Part shown: piece by piece, positions 18,753 through 27,932 of the stretch
Position numbering within the stretch: position 1 is the first letter of the stretch
How the letters are laid out: the number at the start of each line of letters is the position of its first letter
DNA from: Candidatus Dormiibacterota bacterium
GTDB lineage: Bacteria; Chloroflexota; Dormibacteria; CF-121
Assembly (NCBI GenBank): GCA_035544955.1
Contig: DASZZN010000012.1
Location: 154,685-218,684, forward strand
Reading direction: 5' to 3'
Length of the DNA: 64,000 bases
Position numbers and translations under genes: made by a program
The notes under the pieces: generated by a model
Databases searched by the model: none
Seen by the model: only the letters and a program-made list of their open reading frames with translations
What the model was told of the DNA's origin: nothing

Positions 18753-20720
18753 TCAGCGGACTGCCGATCCCGCGACCAGGCCGACCAGCAGCAGGACTCC
18801 GAAGGCGCTGTGCAGGCGGGCCGTCATGAGGTCGATCATCGCGATCGCGCGCAGGTGGCCCTCGGCTCCGCGCTCGGCATCACGAAGGATCAACGCCATC
18901 AGCGGCAGGCTGAACAGCGTGAGGAGCGCGAGCTTCGGCAGGGCGCCGACCATCACCGCCAGGCCGACGGCGACGTAGGCCCCGAGAACGAGCATCACGT
19001 AAACCCAGTGCGCCGCCTCCCGGCCGACCTGGGCCGAGAAGGTTGTAAATCCGTGCCGCGTGTCCTCCGCGACGTCGCGCCACTCATTCCCGTGCAGGAT
19101 CGCCGTCACCAGCAGTCCGACCGGGAGCGAGACGATCAGCAGGTTCGGGTCGAAGGCGCCGGTCACCGCGAAATATGAACCCACAACCATCAGGGGCCCC
19201 ATCAAGAGGAAGACAAGAGGCAAACCGAGCGCCCGGTACTTGTACTGGAAGGGTGGGGCGGTATAGAAGTAGCCGCCGATGAAGCCGATCAATCCGAGCA
19301 GCACGATGGGCCAGCCCCGCTGGAGCAGGAGGAAGATGCCCATCAGGAGGGCAAGGATGAATCCCGACCAGGCGACCACGAAGGCATCGCGCTCGGTGAT
19401 CCGGCCCTTGAGGATCGCCATCGACATCCGGGGAGACGTGATCGAGTCGATTCCGTGCCGAACGTCATAGATCTCGTTGATCACGTTGGTTTCGATATGC
19501 AAACCGAGCGCCCCGAGCAACGCGGCGACGAAGAGCGGCCAGTGCATCCGTCCCTGGCTGAGCGCGATCGCGCCGCCCACCGAGACCGGCAACACCGATG
19601 CGGTGAAGCTGAACGGGCGGACGACCTCCCAGGCCCCGCCCAGCCTACGACCAATCCCGGGCCTTTCTTTCCCTCCCCCTCTGGGGGAGGGCAGGGAGGG
19701 GGCTGTGGCGGCCGTCACCGACTCAGAGGCGTAGGCGACCGCGGCGTCGAGGACCGCGTCGACCTGGGCCGTCTCCTGCAGGATCGGCTGCAGCAGCGGA
19801 ACATCCATGCCGGCGTCATGGTAGGCAGCCGCACGCGCCGCCACGTCTTTCACGGAGCCACAGAGGATGAAGGCGTCCAGCAGCTCGTCGGGGATCAGTT
19901 CTCCAGCGCGGTGATAATCCTCAGCTCGCCAGGCGGTCGCGATCTGGCTGCGCAGCGCCGGGTCGAATCCCGCGCGCTTCATCGAGATGTCGCTGAGAAC
20001 TGAGATCATGTAAATGACGAACGGCTCGCGCTTGGCCCGGTTCAGCGCTTCCTGCCGGCTGCTGTCGAAGAGGCAGAGGAGGTAGCCACGGAAATCGATG
20101 TCGCTGGCCGAGCGACCATGGGCCGAGGCACTCTCGAGGACGCGGGCGCGCATCTTCTGGAAGGCCGGCAGCGATTCCGCGGGACGGGCCAGGTAGCCGT
20201 CGGCTTTCTCGCCGCAGAGGTCCAGGAAGGGTGTGCGGTAGGCCGCGATGTAGATCGGGATCCGGTGCGGCGGTTGAAACATCGGTTGGAGCGGAGGGAC
20301 TTTGTCATTGAGCGTCAGCGGCTGGCCGTTCCATAGCCGGCGGATCTGGTCGATCGATTCCGAAACGCGGGCGACCGTGTCGTCGTAGGGGATCGCCATC
20401 TGCGCAAGCCGCAGCGGCAAGCCGCTTCCCAGGGCCAGCGTGACCCGGCGCGGCGCGAGATCATCGAGGGCCGACATCGTCATCGCCACCACGACCGGAT
20501 GGCGGGTGTACGGGTTGAGGGCGCCGGCACCCAGTCCGATGCGGCGCGTTTCCATCCCCATCGCGCTCAGGTAGGTAATGGGATCGCGCTCGAAATAGCT
20601 GTCGTGGACCCAGATGGAATCGAGGCCGAGGTCCTCCGCCCGGCGCGCCCATGCCGCGGCTTCGCGCACGTCGCCCCGGGCCGCTAGCCCGATTCCGACT
20701 GGGCGGCCAAGCTCTGCCAT
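18753..20720 (-). CDS. fusion protein: N-terminal LLM-class (luciferase-like, probably F420/flavin-dependent) oxidoreductase and C-terminal UbiA-family (MenA-like) prenyltransferase
   Basis: The N-terminal 330 aa match LLM flavin/F420 oxidoreductases (MAELGRPVGIGL ... SIWVHDSYFERDP). The C-terminal 290 aa are a polytopic UbiA prenyltransferase with NEIYDVRHGID (NxxxDxxxxxD). The two are joined by a linker (PSLPSPRGGGKERPG) encoded by repeat copy C. The true ATG is at 20720; the ORF-track 5' extension overlaps ubiE out of frame. Confidence 0.7.
   Translation of the reverse strand: MAELGRPVGIGLAARGDVREAAAWARRAEDLGLDSIWVHDSYFERDPITYLSAMGMETRRIGLGAGALNPYTRHPVVVAMTMSALDDLAPRRVTLALGSGLPLRLAQMAIPYDDTVARVSESIDQIRRLWNGQPLTLNDKVPPLQPMFQPPHRIPIYIAAYRTPFLDLCGEKADGYLARPAESLPAFQKMRARVLESASAHGRSASDIDFRGYLLCLFDSSRQEALNRAKREPFVIYMISVLSDISMKRAGFDPALRSQIATAWRAEDYHRAGELIPDELLDAFILCGSVKDVAARAAAYHDAGMDVPLLQPILQETAQVDAVLDAAVAYASESVTAATAPSLPSPRGGGKERPGIGRRLGGAWEVVRPFSFTASVLPVSVGGAIALSQGRMHWPLFVAALLGALGLHIETNVINEIYDVRHGIDSITSPRMSMAILKGRITERDAFVVAWSGFILALLMGIFLLLQRGWPIVLLGLIGFIGGYFYTAPPFQYKYRALGLPLVFLLMGPLMVVGSYFAVTGAFDPNLLIVSLPVGLLVTAILHGNEWRDVAEDTRHGFTTFSAQVGREAAHWVYVMLVLGAYVAVGLAVMVGALPKLALLTLFSLPLMALILRDAERGAEGHLRAIAMIDLMTARLHSAFGVLLLVGLVAGSAVR
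19672..19703. repeat. palindromic G4-type repeat element, copy C (inside the fusion-gene linker)
   Basis: CCCTCCCCC-TCT-GGGGGAGGG-CAGGGAGGGGG on the plus strand. Same orientation as copies A and B although the host gene is on the minus strand. Confidence 0.55.
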
Positions 20721-20784
20721 GAGATCACCGTACTCCACGGCTGCACCGGTCGCAATCGGGATCCGGCCTGAGGCGGCCATAATC

Positions 20785-21486
20785 ATGAACGTGGGGCAGG
20801 AGGCGCGGGCTGATCGAATCCGCCAGATGTTCGACCAGGTGGCCGCCCGATACGACGCTCGCAACCGGCTCTTCAGCGCGGACCGCGACCGCGCGTGGCG
20901 CCGCCGGGCCGCCCGCCGCGCGGCGCTTCGCCCGGGCCAGACGGCGCTCGACCTGTGCACCGGCACGGGCAGACTCGCCCATGAGCTCCTCCCGTATGTG
21001 GGTCCATCCGGCCGGGTAATCGGGATCGACTTCTCGCCCGCGATGCTAGAGCTGGCTCGCCAGCGTGAACCACGCGTCGAGTATCGCCTGGGTGACGTCA
21101 CCCGGCTCAACGAGGCCGACGGCAGCGTCGATGCCGTCACCATCGCATTCGGCTTGCGCAACCTCGTCGACCGAGAGGCCGCGCTGCGCGAGATGTTTCG
21201 GGTCCTCCGCGCCGGCGGGCGCCTCGTCATCCTCGAGTTCGCTCCGCCGCCGCGTGGCTTGCTGATGCGCGCCTACCGCTTCTATCTCAGCCGTGTCATG
21301 CCGGTCGTCGTTGGCCTGCGAAGCGGCGACGAGGCGTCCGCGTACCGGTACCTGGCGGACACGGTGCAAGCCTTCCCCCGGCCGGCGGAGCTGGCGTGGC
21401 AGCTGGAGGGTCTGGGCTTTACGGTTTCGGTGGAGCGCATGACGGTCGGCATCGTCGCGCTCCATGTCGCGGTACGGCGGCGCTGA
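20785..21486 (+). CDS. menG: demethylmenaquinone/ubiquinone C-methyltransferase
   Basis: UbiE/MenG family signature (MFDQVAARYD, LDLCTGTG, SAM-binding fold). Divergent from the prenyltransferase fusion gene. ATG at 20785. Confidence 0.8.
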   Translation: MNVGQEARADRIRQMFDQVAARYDARNRLFSADRDRAWRRRAARRAALRPGQTALDLCTGTGRLAHELLPYVGPSGRVIGIDFSPAMLELARQREPRVEYRLGDVTRLNEADGSVDAVTIAFGLRNLVDREAALREMFRVLRAGGRLVILEFAPPPRGLLMRAYRFYLSRVMPVVVGLRSGDEASAYRYLADTVQAFPRPAELAWQLEGLGFTVSVERMTVGIVALHVAVRRR

Positions 21487-21491
21487 TCGCC

Positions 21492-22136
21492 GTGGCATCC
21501 CTCTGGTCGGCTCCCAACCTACTCAGCTTCTCCCGGATCGTCGCGGCTCCCATCCTCTACGTCCTGATCGTTTCGGGTGGCCGTTACGGCTACCTGGCGG
21601 CGGCGGTGCTCTTCGTGCTGGCGTCTTTCACCGACACGCTCGACGGTGAGATCGCACGGCGCAGCAAGCAGGTGTCACCATTCGGCATCTATCTCGACAC
21701 GACCGCCGACAAGATCCTGATCGCGGTCCTGCTGGTCGCGCTCGCCGCGGTCCATCTGGCTCCGGGTTGGATGGCCGCGGTGATCATAGCCCGCGAATTC
21801 TTGGTGACGGGGCTGCGTAGCTACGCGGCAGCGCTCGGCGTCGTCATCCCCGCCGGTGGCTGGGGAAAGGCCAAGACCATCATTACGATCGTCGCTCTCT
21901 TCCTGGTTTTGCTCGAGGGCGACGCCCGCCAGGGTGGCTTGCTGAGCAGCCACACCCCGCCCGGCAGCGTACTGGTGAGCCCGGCGGGACCATTCACGGT
22001 GGGCGTGTGGGGGCTGCTGATCGCGGTGATCTGGACGGTGGGCTCCGGCCTGGAGTACATCCGCGAGGCAATTCCTCTGCTGACCCTTGGGCGCCCGCTG
22101 GCCGACCCGGTGAGCGGGTCCGGCGACGAGGTCTAG
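21492..22136 (+). CDS. pgsA: CDP-alcohol phosphatidyltransferase (PgsA-like)
   Basis: CDP-OH transferase motif DTLDGEIAR ... G(x3)D(x3)D (GIYLDTTADK). The start is uncertain: GTG at 21492 or the upstream Met at 21396. Confidence 0.7.
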   Translation: MASLWSAPNLLSFSRIVAAPILYVLIVSGGRYGYLAAAVLFVLASFTDTLDGEIARRSKQVSPFGIYLDTTADKILIAVLLVALAAVHLAPGWMAAVIIAREFLVTGLRSYAAALGVVIPAGGWGKAKTIITIVALFLVLLEGDARQGGLLSSHTPPGSVLVSPAGPFTVGVWGLLIAVIWTVGSGLEYIREAIPLLTLGRPLADPVSGSGDEV

Positions 22137-22515
22137 TCCACTTTGAAGCGGAGGCCCGCCGCTTTGGCGAAATGGGCAATCCTGGAGTCAGAAAAATCGT
22201 CCGCCAGAATGCTCGCGCGAGATATGCCAGTCTGATCCACGACGACCAGTTCGCGGTAGGCAATTCCTCCTCTGGTTCGCTTCAGCCTGACTTCCAGGCG
22301 GGACACCTCCGCAATCGCCACTCTGCGAACGGAGAAAGGGGTACGCGCGACCAGGTTTCCGTCCTCAACAAACATCGTTGATTGTCGACCAAACACGTAA
22401 GCACCAAGGAACGCCACTCCAATGCAAAAGGCTGCTCCGCCCCCGAAGATCCAGGCCACGGCCGGATCGGTCGCTGTCACCGCCGCCCAAATCGACGCTC
22501 CGCCGAAAACCAGCA
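22133..22515 (-). CDS. membrane-anchored bacterial PH-domain (bPH_2-like) protein
   Basis: About 126 aa with an N-terminal TM helix and a YdbT-like beta-rich C-terminus. Exact start coordinate is approximate. Confidence 0.4.
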
Positions 22516-22599
22516 TGACGGCCAGGCCGGCCCACACCCCCCACTGGGTGCTTGTGCCTAACTGGAGTTCGCGCGTTGGGGTTATCTGGATGTAATGAC

Positions 22600-23112
22600 G
22601 GAGGCTGCAGATCCTTACGGCATGAAGTCGACTGGCTCCTCCGGGCGCCATCAGCCGGACGGCGTCGCTCTCGGTCGGTGCGTCGAAGAGGACCAGGTCT
22701 GCCCCACAGCCGGGCTCCAACCCGTAGTCGGTTAACCCAAGCGCGCCCGCGCCGTTGACGGTGATCATATCGATCAACGTCCGTATCTCCTCGAAGCCTG
22801 ACATCTGCCCGGAGTGGGCGAGGGTGAAGGCCGCCTGGAGCGGGTCGGCCTTGCCGAGTGGGTACCAGAGATCCATCACCGAGTCGTGGCCAAGGCAGAC
22901 ATTGACCCCGGCGGCGAGCAGCTCTTTTGACCCATGTGTGCCCGCGGCGGATGGTGTAGTGATCGAGCGACCCTTGAGACCGCGTTGTCGAGCGGGTTGG
23001 TCACTATGTGCAACCCGGCCCGGCCAACATTGACGATCAGCCGGCCGGCGTAGGCGTTGTCGTATGAATGCATCGCGGTCGTGTGGCTGGCCGTCACGCG
23101 TCCCTGCATGTC
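22600..23112 (-). pseudogene. degraded duplicate of the 3' half of the cytosine-deaminase-like amidohydrolase gene (27933..29246)
   Basis: About 85% nucleotide identity to 27977-28560. It is split over two reading frames (ORFs 22133..23191 and 22876..24153) and has an internal roughly 80 nt deletion near the 3' end. Confidence 0.65.
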
Positions 23113-24074
23113 TAGCGTTCCTCCCGGACGTAGGGAACGCCGAGCGACGCCGGAGCGCCGAGCCGACGCCGGGCCCAGCCGGTTGACACAAGGACGAGCA
23201 CGACGATCGTCATCAGATAGGGGAGCGAGCCAAAGACCTCCGGCGGCAGATGCACCTGACGCGCCTGCAGGGTGAACGCGAGGCTCGAGAAGGCGCCAAA
23301 GAGGTACGCGCCGACCAGGGCCAGCTCCGGACGCCAGAAGGCGAAGATCACCAGCGCGATCGCGATCCAGCCGGCACCGGACGTCATACCGTCGAGCCAG
23401 CTGGGGGTGATGGCCAGGCTGAAAAACGCCCCGCCGATCCCCGCCAGCGCCCCGCCGATCATCACGTGGATGTAGCGGTAGGCCGTCACGTTGACGCCCA
23501 TCGCGTCCGCGGTCCCAGGCGACTCGCCAACTGCTCGCAGGTGTAAGCCGGGTCGAGTTCGGTAGAGGTAGAAGAGGGTCAGCGCGACCAGCATCCAAGA
23601 CACGTACGTCAGGGCATTCTGATGGAACAGGATCGGTCCGATCACCGGCGCGTCGCGAAGCCCGAGGACGTTGAGGGCGTCGAACTCGTGGCGGGCAGGC
23701 TTGCCGCCAAGATTCGCCACGTGGCCGATGTATGAGGAAAGCCCGCTGGCACCGGCGAAGATGGTGAGGGCCAGGCCGGACACGATCTGGCTCGCCCGCA
23801 GCGTGATCGTCAGGAAGGCGTGGATCGAGCTGGTGGCGGCGGCCGCCAGCGCGGCCACCACGACGGCGGTGAGCAGGCTCACCCAGCCTGGGCCGCCCAC
23901 CGTCTGCACCGCCCAAAAGCCGGTGACCGCCCCGATCAGCATCATGCCCTCGACGCCAAGGTTCAGCACACCCGAACGTTCCGCCAGCAGTTCCCCGAGG
24001 GCGGCAAAGAGCAGCGGCGTTCCATATGAAATCGCCGACGCCGCGATCACCACCAACACGCTGTCGTTGATCAC
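23112..24074 (-). CDS. ABC transporter permease (BMP/nucleoside-type, second permease)
   Basis: 320 aa polytopic branched-chain/nucleoside-type ABC permease fold (GVLNLGVEGMMLIGAV). Confidence 0.8.
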   Translation of the reverse strand: MINDSVLVVIAASAISYGTPLLFAALGELLAERSGVLNLGVEGMMLIGAVTGFWAVQTVGGPGWVSLLTAVVVAALAAAATSSIHAFLTITLRASQIVSGLALTIFAGASGLSSYIGHVANLGGKPARHEFDALNVLGLRDAPVIGPILFHQNALTYVSWMLVALTLFYLYRTRPGLHLRAVGESPGTADAMGVNVTAYRYIHVMIGGALAGIGGAFFSLAITPSWLDGMTSGAGWIAIALVIFAFWRPELALVGAYLFGAFSSLAFTLQARQVHLPPEVFGSLPYLMTIVVLVLVSTGWARRRLGAPASLGVPYVREER

Positions 24075-25192
24075 GCGACCCCTGCCGGACCCAGCTGTGG
24101 CGCCTTCCTCGTTGGACGACCGATCCGAATGCGATAGTGGACAAGCAGCTCACCGCCCAGGGCGCAGAACAGGATCAAACCCTGCAGAGTGCCGACCAGC
24201 CCCGCCGGAAAGGTAGCCCCCTGCAAGCTGAATCCGGCATTGGACAGCCCGCCGAGCAAGATGGCAACCACGATCACCGCAAACGGATTGAGGCGCGCCA
24301 GCGCGGCAACAACGATCCCGCCGTAGCCAAAGCTCGCCTGCTGAAGGCCGCGCGGATCGAGAACATGCCGAAAGTCACCGATCTCGCTGGCGCCACCAAG
24401 CCCGGCGAGCGCGCCGGATAGGGCCATCACCGCAACGATCTTCCGCCGGGTTCGAATGCCGGCGTAGTGTGCGGCGGCGCGTGAGTCACCGATGACACGG
24501 GCTTCGAACCCGAACCGGGTCGCGGTGTAGACGAGCCATAGGAATGCCGCTGCCACCATGCCGAGCAGCAAGCCAAGCGGGATGACGATTCCCCCGATTA
24601 CAAAGCTCGGCCAGCTGCCGGCCTCCGAGAGGTACTTACCCTGCGGAAACACCCGAGCCGTGAAGCTGGACAGATCACGCCAGTAGGAATGGCTGTCGAA
24701 GATCAGGTAGCTCATGAGCAGCCCGGCCACGTAGTTGAGCATCAGCGAGGTGATGATTTCGTTGGTCCGGGTGTACGCTCGCAACACGCCCGGGATGGCC
24801 GCCCAGGCCGCGCCGGCGGCCAATCCTGCGACGACCATAGCTGGAATGATCATCAGCGCAGGCTGGCCGGATAGCGCGATGCCGATCCCGGATGCGCCGA
24901 TCGCGCCGAGATAGAGCTGGCCCTCGGCGCCGATGTTCCAGGTCTGCATCCGGAAGGCTGCGGCGGCGGCGAGACCGGTCAACAATAGCGGGGTGGCACT
25001 CACGAGGGTGGCGCTCATCGCGCCGCTGGCAAAGAACCCGCGATCCAGCAACCGTGCCCAGGTTGCGATCGGATCGTGCCCGGTCAGGAACAGGATCATG
25101 CTGGACAGAATTGCCGCGCCGATTAGTGATCCCAGCGGCACCGCCACCACCAGCCAGCGTGCCCCGGTCAGTCGTCGCTCGATCCGGATCAC
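24071..25192 (-). CDS. ABC transporter permease (BMP/nucleoside-type, first permease)
   Basis: 373 aa polytopic permease. Overlaps neighbouring genes by 4 nt. Confidence 0.8.
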   Translation of the reverse strand: MIRIERRLTGARWLVVAVPLGSLIGAAILSSMILFLTGHDPIATWARLLDRGFFASGAMSATLVSATPLLLTGLAAAAAFRMQTWNIGAEGQLYLGAIGASGIGIALSGQPALMIIPAMVVAGLAAGAAWAAIPGVLRAYTRTNEIITSLMLNYVAGLLMSYLIFDSHSYWRDLSSFTARVFPQGKYLSEAGSWPSFVIGGIVIPLGLLLGMVAAAFLWLVYTATRFGFEARVIGDSRAAAHYAGIRTRRKIVAVMALSGALAGLGGASEIGDFRHVLDPRGLQQASFGYGGIVVAALARLNPFAVIVVAILLGGLSNAGFSLQGATFPAGLVGTLQGLILFCALGGELLVHYRIRIGRPTRKAPQLGPAGVA

Positions 25193-25226
25193 GCGGGCGA
25201 TCTCGCAATTCTGACTCGCATGACGG

Positions 25227-26759
25227 CTATGCCGCCCCCGCCATCATGAGGCCGAGCTGCTCCACGTCGGCGTGTTGACGATCGACGATGCCCGTGATGC
25301 GCCCGTCATAGAGCACTGCGATCCGATCGGCCAGCGCCAGGATCTCGTCGAGGTCTTCGCTGATGAGAAGGATGCCGACACCCCGCCCGGCCGCCTCCAC
25401 TAGCAAACCGCGCACGGTGTCGGTGGCGCCGACGTCCAGGCCGCTGGTTGGCGAGCTGGCCACCAGGACCAGTGGGCCGCTGGAGAGCTCGCGGGCGAGC
25501 AAGACCTTCTGGATGTTGCCGCCGGAGAGCTGACGCGCCGGCGTGTGCGGGGTGGACGCGCCGATATTGAACCGCTGCATGAGATCTGTAGCGTTTGCCC
25601 GGATCCGGCCTGGATGCAGCACCCCATGCGTCGAGATTGGCGGTCGCCGATATGCCTTGAGGACCAGGTTGTCGGCGATGGAGAGGGAGGGGGCCACGCC
25701 GGTTCCCAGGCGATCATCGGGTACATAGGCGACGCCCCACTTGATCGGCTCGAGCGGGTCGCCGCCCCGCGTCACCCGGCCGGTCACGATGACCTTCCCG
25801 GCGGTCCGGCGCCGCATGCCCGTGATCACCTCGGCGAGCTCGCGCTGCCCATTGCCGGCCACTCCCGCAATGCCGACGATCTCACCGGCGTGCACTGTCA
25901 GGTTGACCTCACGGAGCGCGGGCGTGCCGAGGTCACCGGTAGCGCTGACGCCGCGTAGCTCGAGGGCGACCTGCCGCTCGGCCTGCGCCGGACCTTTCTT
26001 CTTCTGGGTGAAGACGACCTCCCGGCCGACCATCATCCTCGCGAGCTCGCGGGTGTTCGTGTCCTTCGTCATTACGGTACCGATCGCCCGCCCTTTGCGA
26101 AGGACCGTCACGCGATTCGAGACCGCCATGACTTCCTCCAATTTGTGCGAGATGAAGATGACGGCCCGCTGCTCGCCAGCCATCAACCGAAGGGTCTGGA
26201 ATAGGTCGTCGGCCTCCTGGGGAGTCAGTTGCGAGGTCGGCTCGTCCAGGATTAGGATGCGGGCTCCGCGGTACAGTGCCTTGAGGATCTCGACCCGCTG
26301 CTGCTCACCAACCGACAGCTGCCAGATCCGGGCACGCGGGTTGACCGGCATCCGGTACCGCTGCGAAAGGTCCGCAATGCGACCTTCCACCACGCGAGGC
26401 TCCAGCAAGAGTCCGCGGTCCGCGGCGTCGCGATGCCCCAGCACCAGGTTCTCGGCGACGGTGAAGGAGGCCGCCAGCCGGAAATGCTGGTGGACCATCC
26501 CAACGCCGGCCTCGATTGCGTCGCGCGGCGAGTGAAACGCTACCGGCTTACCGTGAAGCTGGATCTCGCCCTCGTCGGGCCGGTAGAGCCCGGTGAGGAT
26601 GTTTGAGAGCGTGGACTTTCCTGCGCCGTTCTCGCCCAGCAGGGCGTGAATCTCGCCCTGTGAGACTTCGAAGTCGATCTGGTCGTTGGCGATGACGCCG
26701 GGAAATCGCTTGCTGATCCCCCGCATGGTCACCGCCGGAACTTGTCCAGCGGCGACCAT
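25227..26759 (-). CDS. ABC transporter ATP-binding protein with duplicated ATPase domains
   Basis: Two Walker A motifs (GENGAGKST, GVAGNGQ), two LSGG signature sequences, 510 aa. Confidence 0.85.
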   Translation of the reverse strand: MVAAGQVPAVTMRGISKRFPGVIANDQIDFEVSQGEIHALLGENGAGKSTLSNILTGLYRPDEGEIQLHGKPVAFHSPRDAIEAGVGMVHQHFRLAASFTVAENLVLGHRDAADRGLLLEPRVVEGRIADLSQRYRMPVNPRARIWQLSVGEQQRVEILKALYRGARILILDEPTSQLTPQEADDLFQTLRLMAGEQRAVIFISHKLEEVMAVSNRVTVLRKGRAIGTVMTKDTNTRELARMMVGREVVFTQKKKGPAQAERQVALELRGVSATGDLGTPALREVNLTVHAGEIVGIAGVAGNGQRELAEVITGMRRRTAGKVIVTGRVTRGGDPLEPIKWGVAYVPDDRLGTGVAPSLSIADNLVLKAYRRPPISTHGVLHPGRIRANATDLMQRFNIGASTPHTPARQLSGGNIQKVLLARELSSGPLVLVASSPTSGLDVGATDTVRGLLVEAAGRGVGILLISEDLDEILALADRIAVLYDGRITGIVDRQHADVEQLGLMMAGAA

Positions 26760-26783
26760 GTCAGTGGTGATGACGTTAAGGGC

Positions 26784-27887
26784 TTACGAGCCCTTTGGGC
26801 TGCCGATCACCCCTTGCACGAACCAGTCCATCGCGTAAAGGTCGGTGACGCTCAGCTTGGTGCCGGCCGGCACATGCGTGGCGCCGGTCTGGTCCTTCAG
26901 CGGACCCGCGAATTCGTAGAAGCTGCCGTTCTTCAGTGCGTCCATTTTCGCGCTGATCTGCGACTGGGTCGAGGACGGAACGGATTTTCCAAAGGGTGCC
27001 AGGCCAACCAACCCGTCGGACAGGCTGCCGTAATAGTTGTCCGACTTCCAGGTGCCGGCCATCGCCGCTTTCACCCGGTTGGCGTAGTACTGACCCCAGT
27101 GGTAGACCGTGCCAGTCAGCCAGATGTCCGGGGCGTAGGAGGACTGGTCAGAGTCGTAGCCGCTCCAGGGGACGCTAACGGCTTTTGCGGCGTCGCCCGT
27201 GGCGGGGCTATCCTGTCCCTGGCCGATCGCGTCGACGCCCACCGAGAGCAAGCTCTGGGCCGCCTGCTTCTCCTTGGTCGGGTCAAACCAGGTGTTCGTC
27301 CAGACGACCTGAACCGTCGCACCTGGGTGCGACGTTTGTGCCCCGAGCGTAATGGCGTTGATCTCGCGGATGACTTCGGGGATCGGGAACGGAGCAACGA
27401 AGCCGATCTTGCCTTTCTTGCTGGCGGCGCCAAGTGCCATGCCGGTCAGGTAATCGGCATCCTCCGCCGCGCCGAAGTACTCGCCCATGTTGGTGGCGGT
27501 CTTGGTGCCGGTCGCCTGCTCGAACTTGACGTCCGGGTGCTTGACGGCTTCGGAATAGAGCGCGTCCTGGAAGCCGAACGAGGTGCCGAAGATGATTTTG
27601 TTGCCGTCGCGGATCAGGTCCTCGACCACCTGGGCGACCTGCGGTCCCTCGGGCACGTTCTCTTTGTAGGTCGTTTGCACCCCACTGCCAAGCTGCTGCT
27701 CGACGTACTTCCGTCCCTCGTCGTGGGCCTGGGTCCAGCCATGGTCGGTTATGGGGCCGACGTAGATCCACGCTGCCTTGATGACGCTCGGAGTGCTGGA
27801 CGTGCCGGTACTGGTGTTCGAGCTTCCGCATGCCCCCAATCCGAGCGCGGCCACCAGGGTCAGTGCAAATACGGCGGATTTCTTCAT
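26784..27887 (-). CDS. BMP-family ABC transporter substrate-binding lipoprotein
   Basis: Lipoprotein signal MKKSAVFALTLVAALGLGAC. Strong RBS GGAGAGGAG upstream of the ATG at 27887. Confidence 0.85.
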   Translation of the reverse strand: MKKSAVFALTLVAALGLGACGSSNTSTGTSSTPSVIKAAWIYVGPITDHGWTQAHDEGRKYVEQQLGSGVQTTYKENVPEGPQVAQVVEDLIRDGNKIIFGTSFGFQDALYSEAVKHPDVKFEQATGTKTATNMGEYFGAAEDADYLTGMALGAASKKGKIGFVAPFPIPEVIREINAITLGAQTSHPGATVQVVWTNTWFDPTKEKQAAQSLLSVGVDAIGQGQDSPATGDAAKAVSVPWSGYDSDQSSYAPDIWLTGTVYHWGQYYANRVKAAMAGTWKSDNYYGSLSDGLVGLAPFGKSVPSSTQSQISAKMDALKNGSFYEFAGPLKDQTGATHVPAGTKLSVTDLYAMDWFVQGVIGSPKGS

Positions 27888-27932
27888 GTGGCTCCTCTCC
27901 CTGCCAGAATCCCCCAAATTCCAGTTGGAATT

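Noticed and set aside
20720-21230. Upstream 170 codons of ORF 18753..21230 (Arg/Ser-rich)
   Set aside because: It overlaps the divergent menG/ubiE gene out of frame. LLM homology begins exactly at the internal ATG at 20720.
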